64,000 nt of DNA from Phoronis australis (lineage: Eukaryota; Animalia; Phoronida). Under the pieces are notes generated by a model. It did not search any database and was not told where the DNA came from. It saw only the letters and a list, made by a program, of their open reading frames with translations. The stretch's first letter is position 1. The number at the start of each line of letters is the position of its first letter. Location: NCBI GenBank assembly GCA_002633005.1, contig NMRA01000369.1, positions 280,918 through 344,917 of the forward strand, read 5' to 3'. Both the position numbers and the translations under genes were made by a program. Shown in pieces: positions 1-12,673 of this stretch.

Positions 1-769
1 CACACTTGGGTTTTGCTTAATGTGATAGCTTTAAATCTCAGGTAGTTGTGTTGATTATTTTGTTTATTATGATATTGTCCTGACTTAAAGGAATATTATC
101 AGTGAAAAAAAGGTCTATTAAGACCAGCCTCAACACGGAATCAAACCTGCAACCCTCACGTTGGCAATCTAATGCAATTTAGCACTGGTGCCTAAGCTAA
201 ATCGCACTCAATAGATGGCAGAGTATTTTAAGAGTATTTAACTTGTGAAGTAAGTCGCCTTGGTTTCATCGAATGACTGCCAGATAATGGTGAGAATTGG
301 AGATTTTGATATAAAATCACAAATCAAAGCACAAAAAATAAAGAGATTTTCTATCTGCAAAAAGTCTATTCCATCCAACAATAAACCCCAAAATTCATTT
401 TTCGGTTCATCAAACTGATAATGTGTCTTTAATGTGTTTGTCATGATAAATTTATTGATTTTTAGCAAGACATTAATAAAAGTAAAACGCACTGAATGTT
501 CCCCGTATAGTTCTTCCTTCGCTTATCCCACTATCTCCGTACTCTGGCTTTTCCGTGCACATTTAGATAAATAATTGTACGAATTATTTAAAATGACATT
601 TTGATGATGTCTAATATTTTATGAGTTCGCGAAAGCATTTGAAGGCCTTTTTTTGTGTCAAGAATTTACAGCCAGCTTAAATTTTTTAAATTGATTTGCC
701 AGCTTACATTTGGCGTGCTATTCTACTTGAAACTTTAATCTTCAGTCACAATTAAATTAGTCCTAAAAC

Positions 770-888
770 TTCAATCATTCGATTTGTTAAAATAAATGCT
801 TTCATCTGACTATCTTTTAATTGATTTTCAATCATTCGATTTGTTAAAATAAATGCTTTCATCTGACTATCTTTTAATTGATTTTCAA
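770..888. repeat. 57-bp perfect tandem duplication (intronic)
   Basis: tcaatcattcgatttgttaaaataaatgctttcatctgactatcttttaattgattt starts at 771 and again at 828. Confidence 0.9.
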
Positions 889-959
889 AAAATGTACATG
901 TAAAACAGGGTCAACATAAATCAAGGTTTCAGGATATGCACTGTGACCCCATTTTCCAG

Positions 960-1044
960 GTGGTTTGATGTTTGTGCAACTCTCGTTCTTTTCCCCAACG
1001 GACACGGTGGAGGAGTGGCGGAACACGCGACAGCTGATGCCCCA
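960..1044 (+). CDS. CPT1-like alternative catalytic-His exon A
   Basis: attttccag|G TGG TTT GAT...GAT GCC CCA|gtaggt; 85 nt, phase 2 to phase 0; encodes (R)WFDVCATLVLFPNGHGGGVAEHATADAP. Confidence 0.8.
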
Positions 1045-4000
1045 GTAGGTTGATTGACACCCGTCTTAAGTAGAGACGCTGTTGAGTGAGCTCACCCATT
1101 GCACCTTAACATGTTCTCTGGCTGGAGATCACTCAATGTGGTTTTTGGAGCAATACGATCAAATTGGGTCTATTAGTTGGGCAACCAAACTTAGCACCTT
1201 ATATCATTGTGCAAACTGTTGAGATGTAAACCAACATTCTGTCAAAGAATCTCACTTTTGATTTAGAACTCTTACATGTAAAGTAAAACTAATCAAAATG
1301 TGTTCCTTACTCATACCAGAGGTGCTGGCCTGGCAGGAAATGCTGGTCCGTTTTTGCTTGAGACCACGCTCGGCGCATAAAATGACTTGATGTCACAAAC
1401 CCAACTCGTTGAGCCTGATCTCAAACAGTAACGAATTGTCATCTCTTCCCAAGCTCAGATACCACCTATAATCTGAAAAAAGGAACAAAATTTAGAGCAG
1501 TTTATGGCATGTGACCTTAATCAAAAGTCTCTTTTCTGACTGAAGATGATCTTGACAAACTTGTAAGGTGCTAGACCTCAAGTCGGTCATCACTGTGCAA
1601 ATGAACGACTTAAGGTCAAACATACAGTTGCATCAAAAGCTGTGTGTGTTATGAGTGGCTTCGGTTGTATGATACAGTTTTGGCTTGCAGGAATACACTT
1701 TCCACTATTCACGAATTATAAAAAACTTTCGCTAAAGGGATCAATTTACGAGTTGGAACACTTCCAACAAGGTTTTAGACTCACTATAGTTTTGAGAATG
1801 GCGACATTTGAAAGAACAATATTCAAAGGAACTCTAACCATACAGATTTATATGATGGTGTTGTTTTTTGACATTAAGCCATCTACCCAAACATATACAG
1901 ACTATACATACCCACAGATGTCATTGCTGTGCCAGGAGATGCATAGTACAATATACTTCTTTTTTTCCCTAATAGCAATTGTTTCCATCTATTTATACAT
2001 TTTTCCTGTCCCCTTCCTATTTGAAATTATTTGACGTATGTTACTGTGTACAGGTAGTTCAGTAGCCACTTTCTGGTGCTGTGGCCATGTGCCACTTGTC
2101 TTTAGGCCTGGCTTTAGCTTTGTTTTTGAGTTCTGGTTCAGTCGTGTCATTTTTCCTGTTTTAATTGTAACTTTTTTACATCAGTGTGTCTGTTGCAAAC
2201 TTTGCTTTGATATTGCAAACATGCTTTTTATCCAGTGCACTTCCTTTTCCCAATAACCTGTGACATCTTGCCTATGCAGTTACACCTCAACATCTTGTCC
2301 TGCGCATTATTATTCTATACATTCTATACTTAGTCCGGCTCATTGAATGATCTTTGCTCATTTCTGCTCATTAATTTTCTTTGCTTAGTCTTGCTTATTA
2401 AAGTCATATTAGCATGCTCATGAATATACTAACGTATTGCAGAAACTAAATGACAATGCTATTTTGACATAATATATGCTAAACAAAGTGCATTGTGTTC
2501 GTTGACAACCTATAAATGGGTAAACGACAAATTCTGCAAATAGGTAACCTTTGCACTTACAATGTACTTTTGGGGCTCACATAGCCCGCACCGTCATTAA
2601 TTTTCAATACTCCGCACTTAGCTTTGCTTGTTCTTATTTGTCACTCAGTTCAATATCTGGTTTTGCTATGTGTCACATTTCATGTATAGATGGTTTGCAT
2701 CATCGTTCTCTGTCCAGATTTTCTCTGTCACTAATATTTATTTTCATTTTCTTGCTGTCATTTTCACTCTATAAATTTTGATCGTGCTCAAACTAGTTAA
2801 ACCTTGCTTTCCAACATATTTTGTTGAAGCTGGCGACTTAAGCAAGGCATTGTAAGGTTTTGAGTTTTCCACATTTTGCAAAAATGTGAAGATTCTGGCA
2901 ACTGCCTATCAAGTTTTGTTGCTGTGGAGATGCAACCCAAGTCTTCTGGATTGGTATCTTCCTGCGAGACAAATACATGCAAATCATATACACATTGAAG
3001 TCATTTCAAGTAGAACATCCATTTACATATTAGTTTGTGTGGAATTTAGATCTTGCCGTTGGTTTGACAAGAGCCTGTCGCTTATTGTATTTGATGGAGG
3101 ACGGATGGGATGCAATGGGGAACATGCCTCAGCTGATGCAACTGTATGTAACCAAAAAAACAAAAATGTCTACTAGGTTTTGTTGTGTGTTTGGACACTT
3201 GTATGCCTGAGTGAATGAGCGGCTGTAAATATTTTGGAGAACTGTTTCACATTTAATAGTTCTCTGATTAGCTGTATTTATGACATTAGATTATTACTAA
3301 GATTTCAAAAGCTGTTACCCTTTATTTTAAACTGAGTAAACAATGTCCAATTTTAATAAAAACTCAGCGTTTAAAGCAGTGCTCTTTCTTAAAAGGTGTG
3401 TTACTCGATCACATATTTTGAGAAAGAGCAATGCTTGAAACATTGAGTTTTATTTATTTTGACAATGTCTTTTGCTTCACCTGGCTTTCTGGCAATCAAG
3501 TTAAATATTGGAACAAGGCTGAAACCATACTCACAACTAAAATCAAAGGATATTGTAGAGAGCATTCTGATGATGACTGACCAATCTTGTTCACTCTGTC
3601 CGTCGACACCAGGAGGCGTGTGCAAATTGCTGGGCCTCCTGCAATCTAGGAGACCCTTTGGGAGTGTGCCATGCATGCCACCTGGTGTCAACAAAGAAAG
3701 TTAACAGGACAGGTCATCATCAAAAGACTCTCTATAGATCTTTTGAGTTTACCTGTAGGTATGGTTCACATCTTTTTTCTATGTCCTGATTTTCAGTCGT
3801 AAGGCTTTGATAGGCTTTGATTACATCCAGGTGATTCGGTCAAGTCTGAAAAATCTCACATGTTGTTTAAACAATTTATGTGATTGATGTTATTGAAAGC
3901 AAAACACCCATTTTAAACCAAAATGAAAAAAAAAACATGAAATAATGAAGTTTTCTTAAAAATTTCTCCAGAGGTTGTGGAACCATCTGGCTCTTATCAA

Positions 4001-7000
4001 GAAATAGTAACTGTGGACTCTCACAAAAAATTTGTAATTCTTTCCAATTTTTACGCACACTTATTTCACTGATAACTTTTGCCTAAATGTAGCCCGCAAC
4101 TATTCAGTGGCCCTGGAAAGTATGCAATCTAACTCAATATACAGTACACAGTATTCAGACAAAATGTTTTGTATTGCACTGTATCATTAATTTGTTGCTT
4201 GCTGAATGGAAATGCGTCAAGTTAACTTTGAGTCTTCTTTGTACAGCTGTATGCCCGCATGTGGGAGTATGCAATGAGCCGGGAGAAGTATGACTCTGAT
4301 GGAGAACCTGTTGCCATTGGCGACACTCACAATAGGAAACTGAAACCACCTCATATGTAAGTAAACAAATGAAAGAGTAATGATAAAATTAGTGTGGTAG
4401 TGATATTGAGAGTTACTGAATGCTGATGTTTAAGATGACTATTGATTATCTTGGTTTTAGGCCAAAGTTATGATTAAAAATAGGCGACAAGTATTTTGGC
4501 AATATTTGAGGTCGTAATGATGTTTTTTTCCACTGAAGTCACCTTGAGTTATGTCGTGTTTATCTTGATGAATGTATTTTGCTACCACTGACTGGCTTCA
4601 TTTCTGATCACAATACCAGCTTGTTGGTGGAGTTCGTAGTCAGTAAAGTTATGTGGACTTTGTGTGTCTACATACTAAACTACAATTTTTGTTTTTTCAG
4701 ACTTGAATGGAACGTTAAATGTGTTGAAAAAGATATGGTGGTTGCCAAGGAGCAGCTTCTGGGTAATGTAAGTATTGACTCTATACGGTGACAATGGGCC
4801 AAGCAGTATTCACTAGGTGGCACTAATCACGAAAGGTCGGAATACATTAAAGTAGTTCCATCACAGTGAAGGCATGTGTGTGATAAGGGTCCCAACTGAA
4901 GGCAGACATTTTTGCGTGCACTAAACTCTGAATGTCGATTCGCCCAGTTTAACAAAGGTGTAATAATTGAGGCAGAGGTATAATTTTCAGTAGATTAATT
5001 TAAAAATGAGCAACAGTCATGAAGGTGCTGGTGAGTGACATCACAGATTATGTCAAAAGGGTGATGCACAAGATTTTGTGAGCGGTTTTGAGCACAATCT
5101 ATCGACATTTTCTTTCTAAGAAATTCTAGGGAACTGGATCAGTCAGCTTAGTACTGACCACAGTCTCAGTTCGTTCACAGATTGACTGTCTTCACGATGT
5201 AATCAGATTCTTGCTTCAGGTTAAATGTGCTTTGTCTGAAGAATTTTTCTTATTAAAACCACACCATGACATTATTTTGTGAAAATTTTAAGAGTTCACT
5301 GAAAAGAAATAAGTCTATGTCAGGTTACACTGATTATTAAACATTTCTTAAGGGATTATGCAAGTAGCAAGCTTTATTGATTTAATTTTGTTTGTCCATA
5401 ATGTTCAGTAATTTTATCCATAATGTCTAATCTTTTATTTGTTTTTTGGGCATACCCTCAATTCCGTCTTTAGGAATCGTTTTTGTTTTCAGAGGATGGA
5501 CATTATTATTCATCGATGTGAATACAGTTAGTATACAGGGGCAGATCCAGGATTTTGAGTTAGGGGAGGGGCAGGGCAGAGTATTAGCCAGGATTTTGCC
5601 TGTCAGACATTCGCACCCGCGAACTGGGAGAATTTTAGGGAGGTGGGGCATAGCCCCCTTGGCCCCTCTGTAAATCTGCCACTGGTATACATGCAACAAT
5701 TCATAAATCATGACATCTTGGAATTACTAATAATAAATTTCCTGACATTGCGGTTCTGCCTGGGTCTTTCTCCTGGGAATTGGTGACTGACTGGTTCCTG
5801 TAAAACTTTTGTTGTCCATGATCACCAGCAGAGGACGTCGAAATTTTCGCGGGAACCAGTCAGTCACCAATTCCCAGTAGAAGGCGCTGGGGAGCTCCAC
5901 AACTTCAGGCAATTATTTTATAGTGAGTTTCAGGAGTCACGATTTATACATTTTTGCATCAGTATAGCCTTCTGTGTTTGTCCCAAAACCATGTCCATCT
6001 CCTGCTCTTGCATTTCTAGATGATTTAATAAGTTCATTGAATATGCTTATTTTTCACCCTTGGCAACTGCAGCTCGCTGACCTTGAACTTCACGTTCAAC
6101 CATCAGAGTATGGAAAAGGCTTCGTCAAGGCCAACCGCATGAGTCCTGATGGTTACTTCCAAATGGCATTACAACTTGCCTTCTATCGGGACCAGAATGA
6201 AACTCCAAAAACATACGAATCGGCTGCCACAAGGTACTTCTGCAAGACTGTATTGAGATCACATTGACTTCATTGATTTAAATTTTGATTATATCATGGG
6301 GATGTATATTGCTTTCATCTCCGTTCGGGCTTCCGGTGTCTGCTGTGTCTCCTAAACCCAGCGCAGGATCGTCATGAGATTTGACAGATGCGTTGGTATC
6401 AAACTTGTGATGATAGATGATGACGAGTTTTGGATCAGTCCATTACTCTGTCTCAAGTGACAATTTTATTTCTTTACATTAATTTTACCTTCAAAGTGCC
6501 ATGCTTGATTTTCATGAGGTTCTTCAAGTAGGCTTTTACTATGGTGCCTACCCATTTTTGAACAGATCTGGCGTATTTTGAGTCCCCTAGTGGCCTTTTT
6601 TATTAATTTGCAGTTCGATTGTTGGCTTCTGCCTCTCTGTCCATCAAACTGCTCAAAAGATCATTGTGAAAATCAATAGCAATTGGGTGTTGTGTCACAA
6701 AGACTATGACAGACATTGATTTTTGGATATTAAGCTGATTACTGTGGCACCTCCTAGTGACAATTTCATTTTTGCATTCGCAGTTGTATCTCCTTAACCT
6801 CAGGCGAAATCTTTATAAAATGTGATAAGTGTTTTCCTGTGACAATGGAAGACGACCTTGGAATGGATTTGATTACCTCTGTGCCTGCAGTGACATATAG
6901 TGGCTGTCATTGATTAATTTGTTGTGTGCCTCTCTATCTGCCAAACCGCCCCAAGAATCATGAAAATTGGCTGATGCGTTCCAACTGAGAAGACATTGTC

Positions 7001-8597
7001 CAACGTTGTGAGGATGGGTCCGACGTCCATGGTACCCCCTATTGTCATTTTTAGCATCTATAGCCTTATCTCCATGACCCCTTGAAGGATCTTTGTGAAA
7101 TTTGGCGAGTGTTAAATTTCTATGAATATGGCTGCGGCTGATGCAGATTTTTGGACAGATCTTACTACCACTGTGTCTTCTTGTGGCAATTTTCTATTAA
7201 GGAGACGAAGACTCCTTTTCATTTTCGAATGGATTGAACATATTCTGCACCACCTAGTGGCCATTCTAATTTTTCAATCTGTTGTTTGGTGTCAGGTTTT
7301 CTAATGTCATTAAGAAAGTAATCCATATGCGGTATTTCACTTCGCCAGACTGCCGAGCAAAATGGAGGTCTGAAAATGCATGTTAAAATACTGATAAAGA
7401 TTATCAGTGAAAGAATGGTTAAAAGCTTGATCAAATCTGCTCCTGACAAAGTTTCTTGCCTTGGTGCTGATAAGTATTTCCTCTTTGCCAGAATGTTTGC
7501 AGAGGGTCGTACCGAAACCATCCGGCCAGTGTCTGAGCACTCGGTGGCCTTTGTAAAGTCCATGGACGACTTGTGTGTGAGCCGGGAGCAGAGAGTAATT
7601 CATCTGAAGAAAGCCATTCATGCGCAAACTCAGTACAAGATCGACGCGAGCAATGGCTACGGTTGTGATCGACACATGTTTGGACTATACATGGCCTCAC
7701 AGGAACTTGGCATGGCCGTACCTAAAGTGTTCAAGGATCCGGTGAGTTTGATGTCAAGTAGCTTTGGTCTCAGGTTGTGATTAGCAAGAGGGTCTATGTT
7801 GACCTAAGGGATGATTGAGCCTTTTAAGGGCCTTCATTGAAGGGTCACGCATTGTTACGGCCTGGGGCCCATTTCACGAAAACTCACTCATCAAAAATAT
7901 TTCTGTGTCAAAACCAAAATTTGGACTAAGTTAAGACCAAGGACCAAAATTCAGAAAAGACTGTTGTGTAGATACAAAGTCAGATTATTTGGTTTTCGTT
8001 TTTAGCCTGCTAAAGAGAGCGAAATGTGGCATGGTATACTTTTAAAAGATTTTGGTAACTGTTTTCAATACGTTGACATTATGTTTTTATTTGTGCAACA
8101 GATCTGCTTCGCTCCCGACCGCCTCTCCACTTCTCAGACACCGGTCAAACTGACCAACGATTGGCGACTCGAGACCAGCTCAATAGGTGGCGGCTTTGGT
8201 CCAGTCTGTGCCGACGGCTATGGGGTCTCCTACATCATTGTGGGAGAAGATGTTGGTAAGGAATAAGTGACACTAAAAATATATTTTTATCATTCTATTC
8301 TTAATAGTATTTTGAAAGACAATAATTGCACAAGAATTGAATCACCCTTTCTGCGATGTTTTCTGAAGTCGGTCAACCTTTTACATATTTCTAGAATTCC
8401 CCATAATGTTGAATTAGAATGTTAGTATTTAATTTTCGTTTAATCTCAACTTCCTCATGATAGTTTGCTTTGGTTTTCTAATAGTTAACTTCCACGTCAC
8501 TAGTCGGCACCACAGTGGCCGGGTCAGTGCCACACGCTTCGGTGCAGAAATAGTCCAGGCTATGAGGGATATGAGACAACTCTTTACCAGTGAGTGA
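960..8597 (+). CDS. Carnitine O-palmitoyltransferase 1-like (choline/carnitine acyltransferase family), 3' part. Exons: [960-1044 OR 3050-3143], 4247-4356, 4701-4767, 6073-6233, 7492-7741, 8102-8255, 8485-8597. The 5' exons lie outside the window.
   Basis: GT-AG exons join in phase and give RWFD...EHxxADA, LYARMWEY, YGKGFVK..MSPDGYFQMALQLAFYR, TYESAATRMFAEGRTETIR, GYGCDRHMFGL, LSTSQTP, GGGFGPVCADGYGVSY, FHVTSR and then TGA at 8595-8597. GGGFGPVxxDGYGVSY is the CPT1-type C-terminal signature. Confidence 0.92.
3050..3143 (+). CDS. CPT1-like alternative catalytic-His exon B
   Basis: ggaatttag|A TCT TGC CGT TGG TTT GAC...GAT GCA ACT|gtatgt; 94 nt, phase 2 to phase 0; encodes SCRWFDKSLSLIVFDGGRMGCNGEHASADAT. 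The acceptor is less certain than the donor. Confidence 0.8.
5536..5684. mobile_element. MITE, hAT-like, 5-bp target-site duplication
   Basis: Ends caggggcagatcca... and ...aaatctgccactg; flanked by gtata (5531-5535 and 5685-5689). Confidence 0.75.
6290..7300. repeat. Degenerate interspersed repeat with internal subrepeats (intronic)
   Basis: Recurring cc(t/c)ctagtg(g/a)ca(a/t)ttt-like motifs near 6585, 6750, 6900, 7035 and 7255, with atgaaa(t)ttgg-like motifs; no coding signal. Boundaries approximate. Confidence 0.4.
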
Positions 8598-10996
8598 AGA
8601 CACCCATGGATTCCTCTTCACAAAGTCATTAAGGGCATTGCAGTTTTTGTTTTAAGCAGGTGATTGCGACTAGTAAAGCAACCATCGTGAATTCTTTATT
8701 GGATTGTAATGACTGTCGCAAAATAATATAGATTTTACTGCAGTTGTATTTATTGCTGGGCAAGCAAGGTGTCATTCTCAAACGTTTAAGTTATAACAGT
8801 GCATGAAAAGGTGTGCACAATGCATTATTTTTAGTTTACTTGGCTCTTTAGACCATTTCAGTTCTCTTATTCTATATTTTTGTTGTATTTTGTTGTACAT
8901 ATAAACGATTAATATCGAGGTGTATCTTTTTCAGAAAAATCAAAATTAGATTTAATATATATTCATTGACTCGTCAGGTATTAATTTTAATCTATGCACT
9001 TGATTTTATGCTTTGAAGACTGTTTACCACATGAATTTCATGCAGTTGTCAGGTCATTGAGCAAAGGCTTCAGATTTTATTCAAAGTTGAGAATGATTTA
9101 TGTTCTATCAACAGTTTACATGCGTTTTAATTGATCATTATATGTATTCGGAAATTCAACATATTTTTGAATTTGTGACTGTATGTTGTCACATTATTTG
9201 TCTCCAATACATGCTTATTGTTGTTTTCGTTTAGTGTATGTATTTCAACTGTTGGTCATTTAACAGCCACTTGCACCATGAAGATAATGATAAATAATGA
9301 TTCATTTTAATATTTGCTCAGTGTTTGTTACAAGTACTTTATTATTCAGTAATACAGAGGTCTTGCAGAGCATCCAGAATCATAAGGCCTGAAAATGGCC
9401 GCTTAAGATTTGCCACGTAATTGAACTAGATTAAGTTGTTTTAAAACTAATCGCATATTTTCCAGTTATGGATATCCATAAGATGCACCCAATATAAATG
9501 TCAGCATTGATTTTGAAATAAAACTCCTCAAAAGTTGACTAGAACCAATGTCATTGAAAAATAGGTGCATTCACAATACTGTTCTGTTGTTGAAGGAAAA
9601 AACAGAGGAAGTCATTGTCCCCTTATTACTTTTTGCTCATGTGAACACAGTAATATTTTGTAGAAGTGACAAACTGGTGAATCTGGGTAAAAGTACAGTT
9701 TCTGGGTCCTTATTCAGACCCTATTCAATCCTTCATATGTCCCACAAAAATGATCACACATGGATGATATATACCTCAATCAATTTGTAATTGTTCACTC
9801 TTTACTCTTCGGCGAAAATTGTTTCAAATGAATTTAAGCTTTCACTTTCCTAACATTTGCCCACAAAGTGGCTATACGTGACTGGCTAGAAATCTGTTGT
9901 TAGTGTGCACCAATCTTTCAATGCATTAGCTCCATCAATGACATCTAGAGTTGTAAATTACAACTAAAGTACCGTACAAACCTGAATTTCGTTTTTCCCG
10001 ATATTTATTCAGTTTACAAGGATTCATGGCATCAGTGGGAAAATATGCATGTTAATAAAATATCGGAGTTCCCGCTGCGTTACGAGACCAGTACAACAAA
10101 ATTGTAATTGGGCATAAGTGGCACAGTGAATCATGATGGGATGCGTGTGGTGACTGGGGGGATGATGGTTGGCGACAGGAAGGGGGGGGCACCGCCTGGG
10201 ATGGTGGGTGGCGACTGGANATTGGCCTGCTTGTTGTCATACGGGACAAAAGACTGTACTGGGCAGTCAACAAAAGAGCCAGATGTTATAGCACATTCAG
10301 AACCCCTCACGTCTGGAAAAGTTGCTGAACAACAAAACGCCATCATGTAGAAGGCCGATCAAGCTGAAACTTGGGGGCTGATCAGTTGAAAGATTGGCCT
10401 TTCAAATAAAAACAGAAACTTTAAAATCTAAGACAAAAAGTTTTTCGACCGAAAAAACCCTAAGCCTATAGTCCAGGGTTTCTTGTGGGCCAAAAAAATT
10501 TTTGTCTGCCAATTTCAAAAATTCTTTTTCAGAAACTAAAACCCAACAAGTTTGAGTTTGATCAGATCATTAATAAGGTCACGCAGCATGATCAAAGTTG
10601 AAAAATGTAATTTTTAGGCGTTTTCGCGCTTAAAATTTTTTTACCCCGATTTCAAACCGTCTTTCTTTATTGGATAGCCCTTTACTTACTGGCTCCAGAA
10701 ACGTAAGTCACCGCGTCCCCCTGCTTTTTTCTCGGTCTGCCAAGTGTTTGGGAACAACAACTTTCAAGACAATAAACACGATCAGAATTCTACCAATTTA
10801 TTTTTCTTGTTTTTCTCATATTCACCTACCAAATTGCACGGGAACAGTAGTTTTCAAAATAAACTGGACAGAACTTTGCCAAACTACTGGATAAAAACTT
10901 CTTACCAAGATTGTTTGCCTGTTTAGTCAAACTTTTGTTGCCATAAAATGGCATTTTTGTTGAAGTTTTGTTGGAGTATAATGTGATGTCATTGCC

Positions 10997-11092
10997 CCTA
11001 GCTGCAAGTACGCAGTCACACCTAGCTGCAAGTACGCAGTCACACCTAGCTGCAAGTACGCAGTCACAACTAGCTGCAAGTACACAGTCACA
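10997..11092. repeat. 24-bp minisatellite, 4 copies
   Basis: ctagctgcaagtacgcagtcacac repeated four times. Confidence 0.9.
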
Positions 11093-12673
11093 ATGTTGAC
11101 AATGAGCATCAAGCGACACATGTGGACATTTTACAAGATTTAGCCAAAATTTAAATGATTTCTGGTTAAAGAGAAATGGATAATTTTTTGTTTTGTTCCC
11201 CGAAACATGGAATGTTGACGCCCAGTTTATTTTGAAAACAACTATAAATATTCTTATATATACACCATAACATGTAAAAGACTGGACACAGTTGGTAAAC
11301 GTTTTTACAGCTTGTGACAACTGTAATTATCTCCCACTGTGGAGCTCAAAACACTTTCATGACTTATGGTCACTCCACACCCACTGTAGTCAAACTACTG
11401 ACCTTTGAACCCAACTATGATCATGCTCTGCCGTGGACTAGAATTAGTGCAGATTCAACAGATGGTATCCTATAAACTTGCATTCTGTCTATAAACAGAA
11501 ACTAGCATGATGAAGACCACTTATCGCTTTCGGTCAATAACAAACCGTCAGTTGTTTTAAAGCCCAAAATCCTGACAACTGAAGATCAATTCGGAAAGTG
11601 GCCTAAATCAAAAGTAATGTTTTTATGTTGAAAGACTAGCTTATAGTGGCCTTTAATGATGCATGTTAGCTTGCTATTTCGAACTAGCAGCACTTACCTT
11701 GCCCATTTCATTGTGCTCATCATTTTGTGTTCCAGCTGACCACAGTCAGGACATGGGTTTCAAATGAAAATGGCCACTATTCACAATAATCCACTAATAA
11801 ATAAATACAATGTCAATTCTCACATAAAAATTGTCTTGTTAACAAGATTTCTGATAGCTATTAACTAAAATTGTTAACACCAACCCCTATTGCTAAAGCA
11901 ACACCCTTTAGCTATTTAAGCGAGTCTTAGTCTTAGATACAGAATAGCTTTTGTCGGCACAGAATAATGCAAGTGAGCAGGGGTGGTCCATCCACAAGCC
12001 AAACAATATCCGCAAATGTGAAAAGTGCCATGAGAGTGAGGAATCTGCATCTGCAAGAGAAGAATATCATGCACCAAAATTTTTTTCAGGGGCAGGCCAG
12101 AGCTGCGCCCAGACGCAAGTCTAGGTGCCTTCTTAAGATAAATCTTTCATTTAAATAATGGACAGAGCAATTGCCCGCTAACCTTTAGCAAAATGGCAGC
12201 TATTAATGGCGAAACGTGGGTTGAAGTATAAATCACTGATGAAGCAAATGGTACGAAACAAGGTACAATGTTCAAGACAAGATGGCTCCTAAACATTTAA
12301 TTTTAGCAAGCGTGCTATGGTTTTGTTTTGAAATGTGCAGGATGTCGGTATATAGGAAATGAATCGAGTAAAGTTGCTTAGTTAACAATCTGGTGAAACA
12401 TTGCTTGAAAAAAGTTACATATTACATCTGTTACCATAATTACCACATTGAAAGTGGAAAACGCATTCTTCTCATTGTACATGAAGTGATTTATCTGAGC
12501 CAACATTTCACATTTCACATCAGTTGCTTTCGTAACCTATGGCAATGGCATAAGTAACGACATAATGTCATTACTTATAATCTGAGCCTCATTTTCTAAC
12601 AGTAGATTGTTCTTTTACATGACAACCACATACTTTAGCAACCTGTTGGATCATCAGCCTAGTCACAGTGACC

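Noticed and set aside
3401-3704. Additional CPT1 exon between exon B and 4247
   Set aside because: No similarity to carnitine acyltransferases, and the protein is continuous without it.
10997-11092. CRISPR-like array, or the CDCVLAAR repeat protein in ORF 10826-11320
   Set aside because: Head-to-tail 24-bp repeats with no spacers in eukaryotic DNA; the ORF is a by-product of the minisatellite.
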